The notes under the pieces: model-generated
The model's database searches: none
Told to the model about the DNA's origin: nothing
What the model saw: only the letters and a program-made list of their open reading frames with translations
DNA from: a virus
IMG/VR virus record: IMGVR_UViG_3300048011_000525
Location: 1-64,000 of that record
Length of the DNA: 64,000 nt
Direction: 5' to 3' (one strand)
Part shown: positions 56,698 through 64,000 of the stretch, in pieces
Numbering within the stretch: position 1 is the first letter of the stretch
Layout: the number at the start of each line of letters is the position of its first letter
Program-made: the position numbers and the translations under genes

Positions 56698-57187
56698 AGA
56701 TAGTTTTAATTAGTATTTCTACGTTCTTTTCAAGTCTTGCTAAATCGCCATTGTTGTCAATAGTATAATCACACATCCATTGTTCAATGCTCATCGAGTC
56801 AGGATCTTCTTTAGGCAAATGATCTGTACGATCAACCCAAATAGCATAATCAAAAATTTCTTCGTTCTGCATTGCAAAGAACTCGCGCTTGTTACGTAGC
56901 CCACAATAGATATCGTGTTTTGCAAACAAGTTACGCCCTAGACGTGCTAAATCATCTTTGCAGTAATTATGAATCATGTTGTACCATAGCACACGATGAT
57001 GGTGTCTATCTATATAACACTGTTCTTCGTCAGCATATCCGTACTCGTGTTTTAGTTCTTCAAATATAAAAAGCTCTGAACAGAACTTAGAACTTGATTG
57101 AAATGTATATCCGTACTTCTCTAACATTTCACAGACAGTATCTTTGCCGTGCCTGCCGTGTCCAACAATTAATAATTTAGGTAACAT
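56627..57187 (-). CDS. Deoxynucleoside monophosphate kinase-like
   Basis: GHGRHGKDT, R...E, IDNNG.L. Confidence 0.75.
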   Translation of the reverse strand: MLPKLLIVGHGRHGKDTVCEMLEKYGYTFQSSSKFCSELFIFEELKHEYGYADEEQCYIDRHHHRVLWYNMIHNYCKDDLARLGRNLFAKHDIYCGLRNKREFFAMQNEEIFDYAIWVDRTDHLPKEDPDSMSIEQWMCDYTIDNNGDLARLEKNVEILIKTIFKNQGLSLPASTQLHLFEEYADS

Positions 57188-57246
57188 ACAAACTCCTCTA
57201 AGAATATGTATATTATAGCATCTTAGTTTACGTTGTCAAGAAGTTT

Positions 57247-58230
57247 TTAGCCAATAGTGAAGCCGTAGCCTACACCGCCTGCCATTTGAGTTGAAACCTC
57301 TGCTTCAAGTTTTTCCATTTCGGCTTGTGCTTCTGCTTTGAGTGCGTCACCGTTAAGTGCTGATCCGCCTTGTGGTCCTGCAATAGTAGCAAACTTACTA
57401 CGTGCTTCGCCTAACATAAATTTACATGCAGCAAGTGTGTAGTCTTTAATCCATTGACTTGCTAGGTAGTCGTTTAACAACTCGCTGTCTGGTCGATAGT
57501 TGTAGCAATATAATAAAATAGTTTCGTTTGCTCTAGGACGCTGAAGCAGTGTTAGCTTTTTGCTTGTAGTGTTCCATTTAAATTCAATAAAGCTACCAAA
57601 CATTCTACCTACCAGTTCTTGGTATTGACTAAACATATCGTATGTTGCTAGTCCTCCTAAGTTAGAACTTGATAGCAAGTATGCGTTTGTGTATGCTAAA
57701 CTAAAAGGATCAAATAAACTTCCGCCGCCATTTTCGCCACTATCATAAAGTTTTACATTTACAACATCTCCAGTAGTTAACCCTGTGTTGAATGTAATAG
57801 TTCTTGCATTATAATCAGTAGAATAATCTGTAGTAACTGCACCGTTAACTGTTACTACAATAGATTGCACTATTCCTAAATTGTAATTTACATTAAAAAC
57901 TTGTTGAGATGCTGTTGATATTAACGTAGTTGAATATAATGCTGGTCCTGAGACTGAAGTACTTGGGCGTGAGCCAATGCTTCTGCGAAATGTTTTACGA
58001 ACTTCTACAACTTCGTTAGGCAATGTATATTCGCTTTGATCAACTATAGTATCCATAAACAAATAGCTTTCTTCTACGCTATTGTCACTACGCTGTCTAA
58101 ATTTAGAAAATGCTTTTTTAAGTGCAGTTTCGTAGTGGATAGGATCTAGTTCAACATCTACCATGCCTCCGCCAAGGAAGGCATTTACATAGTCGAATAC
58201 TTCTTGCTTTTGTGTTTGTGCTACTGCCAT
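57247..58230 (-). CDS. gp13: Neck protein (gp13 type)
   Basis: LGG..VDVEL, WIKDY..A..K..LG..RSKF, GG..LNG. Confidence 0.85.
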   Translation of the reverse strand: MAVAQTQKQEVFDYVNAFLGGGMVDVELDPIHYETALKKAFSKFRQRSDNSVEESYLFMDTIVDQSEYTLPNEVVEVRKTFRRSIGSRPSTSVSGPALYSTTLISTASQQVFNVNYNLGIVQSIVVTVNGAVTTDYSTDYNARTITFNTGLTTGDVVNVKLYDSGENGGGSLFDPFSLAYTNAYLLSSSNLGGLATYDMFSQYQELVGRMFGSFIEFKWNTTSKKLTLLQRPRANETILLYCYNYRPDSELLNDYLASQWIKDYTLAACKFMLGEARSKFATIAGPQGGSALNGDALKAEAQAEMEKLEAEVSTQMAGGVGYGFTIG

Positions 58231-58274
58231 TTACATTTCTCCGTCATAGTATTTATCTTTCGATAAATATGTGT

Positions 58275-59642
58275 ATGCCAAGACTTAGTTTATATAAACC
58301 AGAGCGCGGTGCAGACTTTAAATTTCTGGATCGACAAATTAACGAAATGTTCACAATAGGTGGTACAGACCTGTTTGTCCACAAATATATCGGTACGAAT
58401 GACGGTACAACTGAAAAGGATCATACACAAATCCAAGATATGTTGTTCTTAGAAAATCGCGATAGAAAATATGATTCAGACATATACACCATACGTGGTA
58501 TTTACAATGTACAAGACATTGACTTTGATTTAAGTCAATTTGGTTTGTTCCTTAGTAATGACACACTGTTTATGACTGTGCATATTAGTAGTTCTGTAGA
58601 TGCTATAGGACGCAAACTAATGCCAGGTGATGTAATTGAATTACCACATTTGAAAGACGAGTATGCACTAAATGATTTTAGTGTAGCACTTAAACGTTTT
58701 TATGTTATTGAAGATATCAACAGAGCAGCTGAGGGATTTAGTCCTACTTGGTATCCGCACTTATATAGACTAAAACTTAAACAGATTGTTGATTCGCAAG
58801 AATACAAAGATATACTCGACTTACCTGCAAGTGAAGATTATCCAGAAGACGGAACACTGCGTGATGTATTAAGTACATTTGAAGCGGAGATGAATGTTAA
58901 CAATGCAGTAGTTGCAGAAGCAGAAGCAAACACGCCTAAGAGCGGCTATGATGTTGACGACAATTATTACACACTTGCTGTGGACGAAAACACAGGTAGG
59001 AAAAAAGTTCAACAAGTTGCACAAGATGGTAGTACTATTACAGATAGTGCAACACCTACAACCCACGGATATAAGGGTGTACTAATTGGTGACGAATTTG
59101 CTCCTAACGGTAGTAACTTTAGTAGCGGGATTAGTTTTCCACTAGACAGTACCGAAGGTGACTACTTTTTACGCACAGACTTTTTGCCACAACGTATGTT
59201 CCGCTATGACGGTAGACGTTGGCTGAAAGCACATGATGTTAAGAGAGCTCCAATGAATAACGATACAACACAGACACTACGTGGTTCGTTTATTAATGAT
59301 ATAGATTCGTTTATTTACGACAGACACATTGCACAAGACTTTGTACGTTTAGATGTTGGAGATACTGTTATTAATACTGAGATTGCATATATGACTGCAA
59401 AGTATGTACAACTAGAATATACTAGTGATACAGGAGATGGTGCTCTAAGATTAAATTATGTTGTTGCTGACAATGCAGGCATGCTAACAAGTTATGACGA
59501 CAGCGGCACAGATAGAGTACGTATTACTTTACCAGCAGGTGCAATTAAAGACGAAGGATTGTATAGTTTAACACTACACAATGAAAGAACACAACAACGT
59601 CAAGCACTATCACAAGTGCTAAAACCTAAGGCAGACAACTAA
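58275..59642 (+). CDS. gp14: Neck/head-closure protein (gp14 type) with C-terminal extension
   Basis: LFLENRDRKY, LSQFGL, GDVIELP; start MPRLSL. Confidence 0.65.
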   Translation: MPRLSLYKPERGADFKFLDRQINEMFTIGGTDLFVHKYIGTNDGTTEKDHTQIQDMLFLENRDRKYDSDIYTIRGIYNVQDIDFDLSQFGLFLSNDTLFMTVHISSSVDAIGRKLMPGDVIELPHLKDEYALNDFSVALKRFYVIEDINRAAEGFSPTWYPHLYRLKLKQIVDSQEYKDILDLPASEDYPEDGTLRDVLSTFEAEMNVNNAVVAEAEANTPKSGYDVDDNYYTLAVDENTGRKKVQQVAQDGSTITDSATPTTHGYKGVLIGDEFAPNGSNFSSGISFPLDSTEGDYFLRTDFLPQRMFRYDGRRWLKAHDVKRAPMNNDTTQTLRGSFINDIDSFIYDRHIAQDFVRLDVGDTVINTEIAYMTAKYVQLEYTSDTGDGALRLNYVVADNAGMLTSYDDSGTDRVRITLPAGAIKDEGLYSLTLHNERTQQRQALSQVLKPKADN

Positions 59643-61156
59643 TGGCTGAACACTTTTATGACGGACAAATAAGAAAATATCTCGTACAGATGATGCGGTT
59701 GTTTAGTAATTTTAGTTACCAAACAGGCGACGGTACTGAAAAACAAGTACCTGTTTTGTATGGAGACTTAACACGCCAAGTAGGAAGTATTTTAAGAGAC
59801 AATTCTGAAAATAAAATTCCAAGTGCTCCTCGCATGGCAGTTTATATTACAGGCTTAGAACTTGATAGAGATAGAACTAGTGATGCTAGTTATGTAAACA
59901 AGCGTCATGTAAGAGAACGTGCTAAAGATTCAAACGGTGATTATACCGATGAACAAGGACGTCAATATACAGTTGAGCGTTTAATGCCTACACCATATAA
60001 ACTAACTATAAATGTTGACATATGGAGTACAAATACAGATATGAAACTACAGATTATGGAGCAAATATTAATGCTGTTTAATCCTAGTTTAGACATCCAA
60101 ACCACAGACAACTATTTAGACTGGACAAGTTTAACAACAGTAATGCTAGACAGTGTAAACTTTAGCTCACGTTCAATTCCAGTTGGAGTCGATAGTGAAA
60201 TTGATGTAGGACAAATGACATTTAGCACACCAATTTATATTAGTCCTCCTGCTAAAGTTAAACGTCTTGGTGTTGTTACTAATATTGTTACTAGCATATT
60301 TGACGGTGACGGATATTATGACTTTGAAAAAATGCTTGAAGGTACTAACTTGTTTAGTATAGGCGGAGCAACTGCACCTTATGAAAAGGGTAGCGAGCAA
60401 AACGAAGTTGTTGATACAGGTGCCATGCCCAATGACGGTGATGGTGTTCTTACTCCTAGAAAACAAATTACAAGAACTGTTAAACCTATTATTAAAAATC
60501 CATTACAACATCGCATACTGATACTTAATGGACAAATTCAGTTGCTTGATAACGGCTTACCTAGCAACACTGCATGGTCTGAGTATTTTGAAGAAATTCA
60601 AGGTACTTATAAGCCGGGGTTAAGCATAATGTATTTTAGAAAGCCGGACATAAGCGGACTAGTTGCAGGACGTATTACAATCAATCCATTAGACGAAACT
60701 AAACTGTCAATTGCTTGGGATAGAGATACATTGCCAAGCAATGATACAATACAAGGCCCTGCTCGTAATGCTAATCAATATTCAAGTGTAGATTATATTG
60801 TAGATCCGTTGCGTTATGATCCGCAATCAGATACTTCAAAAGCAGGAGTACGATTGCTTATACTTGGTGCAATAGGTGATGCAGATAATGTAGATGGTGC
60901 TGATGCTTGGAAAAATACTGACAACACAGATTTTGTAGCAGGTGATAATGACATTATCGAATATGATGGCGCTAATTGGCATATTGTATTTGATGCAAGC
61001 AAAGACTACCTTCCGTACAATGACGAAACTATTACAACCTTATACACTACAAACTTAAATACCGGTGTACAATACTACTGGGATGGCGATCAGTGGTTAT
61101 TAAGCGTAGACGGCGAATATGCCAAAGGTGACTGGGTAATTGAGCTAGACGGCTAA
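59642..61156 (+). CDS. gp15: Tail terminator / sheath stabiliser (gp15 type) with extension
   Basis: FYD.QIR, VP..YG, PRM, PTPY.L, QI.EQI...FNP. Confidence 0.8.
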   Translation: MAEHFYDGQIRKYLVQMMRLFSNFSYQTGDGTEKQVPVLYGDLTRQVGSILRDNSENKIPSAPRMAVYITGLELDRDRTSDASYVNKRHVRERAKDSNGDYTDEQGRQYTVERLMPTPYKLTINVDIWSTNTDMKLQIMEQILMLFNPSLDIQTTDNYLDWTSLTTVMLDSVNFSSRSIPVGVDSEIDVGQMTFSTPIYISPPAKVKRLGVVTNIVTSIFDGDGYYDFEKMLEGTNLFSIGGATAPYEKGSEQNEVVDTGAMPNDGDGVLTPRKQITRTVKPIIKNPLQHRILILNGQIQLLDNGLPSNTAWSEYFEEIQGTYKPGLSIMYFRKPDISGLVAGRITINPLDETKLSIAWDRDTLPSNDTIQGPARNANQYSSVDYIVDPLRYDPQSDTSKAGVRLLILGAIGDADNVDGADAWKNTDNTDFVAGDNDIIEYDGANWHIVFDASKDYLPYNDETITTLYTTNLNTGVQYYWDGDQWLLSVDGEYAKGDWVIELDG

Positions 61157-61164
61157 TTACTAGT

Positions 61165-61602
61165 ATGAACAAGATAGTTTGCAGTGGTGCTCTCTTTTAC
61201 GCACTCAATACAAAACGTTTTTTATTTTTACACAGAGCTGGCGGCAAGACTTCTGGCACTTGGGGACTTGTAGGTGGCGGCAACGAAGAAGGTGAAACAC
61301 CTTTTGAAGGACTTACACGTGAAATACAAGAAGAAGTAGGAAAACTACCTAAGTTTGTAAAAACAATACCTTTAGAAACGTTTGTATCAAATGATGAAAA
61401 GTTTAACTTTCACACATACCTTGTTGTAATAAAAGAAGAATTTTTACCTACACTAAATCATGAACACAACGGGTATGCTTGGACTACATTTGGTAATTGG
61501 CCTAAAACCCTACACCAGGGATTGCGCAACACACTACAAAATAAAACTAATCTTACAAAGTTAGAAACTGTATTTCAAGTAATAGACTTACTTGACAATT
61601 AA
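61165..61602 (+). CDS. NUDIX hydrolase
   Basis: GG..E.GE......REIQEEVG. Confidence 0.88.
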   Translation: MNKIVCSGALFYALNTKRFLFLHRAGGKTSGTWGLVGGGNEEGETPFEGLTREIQEEVGKLPKFVKTIPLETFVSNDEKFNFHTYLVVIKEEFLPTLNHEHNGYAWTTFGNWPKTLHQGLRNTLQNKTNLTKLETVFQVIDLLDN

Positions 61603-61626
61603 CTCAAAAGACTGTATAATATGAGT

Positions 61627-62763
61627 ATGAAAGTTTTAGTTCTCGGTGACATCATTGTCGACAAATATATCTACGGTACATCAACACGCATTAGCCCAGA
61701 AGCGCCAGTGCCTGTTGTAACATATCAGCGTGAAGTTGAGACTGTAGGTGGTGCCGGACTTGTTTACGAAAATCTTAAAAGTCTAGGTGTAGATGTTACT
61801 CTGTTTGTAATGCCTGGAAAGCCAAGCGTTAAAACACGAGTTATATGTGACGGACATTATATAACACGCATCGACAACGATGTACACACAAACGGATTAG
61901 ATGTATTAAAACGTGTATTAACTACCGACTTTACAGTATATGATTATGTTATTTTAAGTGATTACAATAAAGGTACACTAGACGAAAGTATTGAAATAAT
62001 CAAACACATTAATACATACGGATGTCGTATTATTGTTGATCCTAAAGAACACTCTAGTCACTATGAAGGTGCTTGGTTAGTAAAACCCAACGAAAAAGAA
62101 TTTCAAGAATACTTTATCAACTGGCACGGTAACATTATTACAACTAGAGCAGATAAAAGCGTTGTTGCTAACATTGACAATGAAGTATTTGAAATAGATG
62201 TGGAGCCGGTTGAGGTATCGGATGTAACAGGAGCAGGAGATTGTTTCTTAGCAGCATTTGTATATGGTCTTACTAAAGGTTATGATTACAAACATGCAAT
62301 TGAACTAGCAGTTAAAGGCTCTACAGAAAGTGTTAAGCATGTAGGCACATACACGCTACAACAGCGCGATTTAGAAGAAAGAGTAGTCTTTACTAATGGA
62401 GTATTTGATATACTGCACAAGGGTCATTTTGAGCTCTTAAAAGAAGCTAAATTTCTCGGTGCTAAACTAATTGTAGGTATTAATAGCGATGCTAGTGTAA
62501 AACGTCTTAAAGGCGAAACACGCCCAATTAATAATCAAATGAAGCGTATTAGTCAGTTAGAAATTTTACCGTGGGTAGATCAAGTAGTTGTATTTGATGA
62601 AGATACCCCATACGAATTAATTAAAAAAATTAAGCCGCATGTAATAGTTAAGGGCGGCGACTATACAGTAGAAACCGTAGTAGGACACGATTTAGCCGAG
62701 GTGCATCTTGTACCTACTGTTGAAGGCTACAGCACTACAGAAATTATAGAGGCAAGCAAATGA
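61627..62763 (+). CDS. hldE: Bifunctional heptose-7-P kinase / heptose-1-P adenylyltransferase
   Basis: RISPEAPVPV, DVTGAGD, FTNGVFDILHKGH, VKGGDY. Confidence 0.93.
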   Translation: MKVLVLGDIIVDKYIYGTSTRISPEAPVPVVTYQREVETVGGAGLVYENLKSLGVDVTLFVMPGKPSVKTRVICDGHYITRIDNDVHTNGLDVLKRVLTTDFTVYDYVILSDYNKGTLDESIEIIKHINTYGCRIIVDPKEHSSHYEGAWLVKPNEKEFQEYFINWHGNIITTRADKSVVANIDNEVFEIDVEPVEVSDVTGAGDCFLAAFVYGLTKGYDYKHAIELAVKGSTESVKHVGTYTLQQRDLEERVVFTNGVFDILHKGHFELLKEAKFLGAKLIVGINSDASVKRLKGETRPINNQMKRISQLEILPWVDQVVVFDEDTPYELIKKIKPHVIVKGGDYTVETVVGHDLAEVHLVPTVEGYSTTEIIEASK

Positions 62764-63578
62764 AAATTTTAATTACTGGCCATAAAGGATTTATTGGACA
62801 AAATCTAACCCTGTTCTTACAAAACGAACACGAACTATTTGGATACGAATGGCAAGAAGATAGCTTACCAGAAGTTGAAGGTTTTGATTGGGTTATACAT
62901 ACTGGAGCGATTAGCAGCACTACAGAAACAGATGTAGATAAAGTAATGTTGCAAAATTACGAGTTTAGTAAATGGTTATATAACGAATGTAATACTAAAG
63001 GTGTTAATTTGCAATATGCATCAAGTGCAAGTGTTTACGGAACAAATACAGAGTTTAGCGAAGATGCTCCTAAACAGCCACAGAGCCCTTATGCTTGGAG
63101 CAAGTATTTGTTTGATCGCTGGGTTTGGGGTTTAAGTTCTCATAATATTATTGTACAAGGTTTCCGTTACTTTAATGTATACGGTCCATTTGAGGATCAT
63201 AAAGGTAATCAGGCAAGTCCAGTTACTAAGTTTACTGAACAAGCAATTAAGACTGGTAGAATAAAACTATTTGAAAACAGTGATAAGTACTTACGTGATT
63301 TTATATTTGTAGGCGATGTGTGCGAAGCACATAAACAATTGTTAGAAAATAAAACAGCAGGTCTGTATAATATAGGTACTGGTAACACAACTAGTTTTAA
63401 AGAAGTAGCAGAAGTAATTGCTAAAAAATATAATGCTGAAATTACAGAAATACCAATGCCAAAAAACTTAAAAGGACAATATCAAGAATATACTTGTGCA
63501 GACACAAATAAATTAAGTACAGTAACAGATATTGATTTTGCAACAGTAAAGGAGTATGTAAATGAGTCAACCAACTAG
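62760..63578 (+). CDS. hldD: ADP-L-glycero-D-manno-heptose 6-epimerase
   Basis: GAISSTTE, YASSASVYG, Y.WSK, RYFNVYGP.E.HKG, YQ.YT.AD. Confidence 0.92.
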   Translation: MKILITGHKGFIGQNLTLFLQNEHELFGYEWQEDSLPEVEGFDWVIHTGAISSTTETDVDKVMLQNYEFSKWLYNECNTKGVNLQYASSASVYGTNTEFSEDAPKQPQSPYAWSKYLFDRWVWGLSSHNIIVQGFRYFNVYGPFEDHKGNQASPVTKFTEQAIKTGRIKLFENSDKYLRDFIFVGDVCEAHKQLLENKTAGLYNIGTGNTTSFKEVAEVIAKKYNAEITEIPMPKNLKGQYQEYTCADTNKLSTVTDIDFATVKEYVNESTN

Positions 63579-63981
63579 AAAAACAGGCGTAGATCAAAAA
63601 GGCTGGGGATACGAGATGATTTGGGCTACTAACGACAAATACTGTGGCAAGATTATGGCCTTTACTAGAGAAGGTGCAACAACAAGTATGCACTTCCACA
63701 GAGAAAAAGACGAAACTTGGTTTGTTAATAACGGACGGTTTAAAGTGCGATATATTGATACATCTAATAGTATGTTGTACGAAAGAGATTTAAAAGAAGG
63801 TGATGTATGGCATAATCCGCCATTGCAGCCGCATCAATTAGTCTGTCTTTCTAAAGAAGGTAGTATTACAGAAGTAAGTACACCCGACAGTGTTGAAGAT
63901 AACTTCCGTATTGGCCCTGGAGACAGTCAAATAGCCGAAAAAACTCAAGACCAATTGCAAACTCAAACAACAGGAAAGTAA
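63562..63981 (+). CDS. Cupin domain protein (sugar isomerase-like)
   Basis: KGWGYE, SMHFH..KDET, EVST.D..ED. Confidence 0.8.
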   Translation: MSQPTRKTGVDQKGWGYEMIWATNDKYCGKIMAFTREGATTSMHFHREKDETWFVNNGRFKVRYIDTSNSMLYERDLKEGDVWHNPPLQPHQLVCLSKEGSITEVSTPDSVEDNFRIGPGDSQIAEKTQDQLQTQTTGK

Positions 63982-64000
63982 CAAATGACATTTGAAGAAA

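Noticed and set aside
2318-58274. Longest-ORF starts at 2318, 4076, 5751, 9042, 15689, 24589, 26260, 27403, 46094, 48435 and 58212
   Set aside because: They run through promoters or upstream genes; downstream ATGs fit the RBS, promoter or family N-terminus better.
1598-63699. Numerous ORF-track entries antisense to or nested in called genes (e.g. 1598-1954, 5757-6200, 17193-17627, 46625-47200, 54490-55095)
   Set aside because: They are shadow frames of well-supported genes, with no RBS or motifs.
1-64000. Alternative genetic code, introns, rRNA or IS elements
   Set aside because: Core genes are uninterrupted in the standard code; no rRNA or transposase signatures were seen.

Overview
This window is 64 kb of a large T4-like (myovirus) phage genome, probably aquatic and infecting a Gram-negative host (inferred). 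Layout: (i) 1-960 is a non-coding repeat block with IHF-like sites. (ii) 970-10000 is a + strand early module of about 25 mostly small genes, nearly each with its own consensus sigma70 promoter, plus three tRNAs. (iii) 10000-11050 is a second, mostly non-coding structured block. (iv) 11-64 kb is mostly - strand: a fibre protein and subtilase, replication genes (gp41, gp61, a very compact DnaE core, a gp62-like protein, UvsW/X/Y, gp32), a TonB-dependent receptor, hemE, Kdo and ADP-heptose enzymes, a glycosyltransferase cluster, terminase, tail and neck genes. The two strongest unexplained signals are both in the early module. First, early-gene leaders share a GAGGGCA box at the ribosome-binding position, and the same module encodes structured non-coding RNAs (5201-5300 after tRNA-Leu; 7892-8034 after the AAA ATPase; possibly 1007-1100) that display the complement (AU)GCCCUC in hairpin loops. 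This is a candidate multi-loop antisense RNA system for shutting off early genes together. Second, about 31 copies of the heptamer RCAGCCG lie in 8 kb, all on the + strand and independent of reading frame or promoter direction. All counts were made by eye, and all protein calls rest on motif recognition, not database searches.
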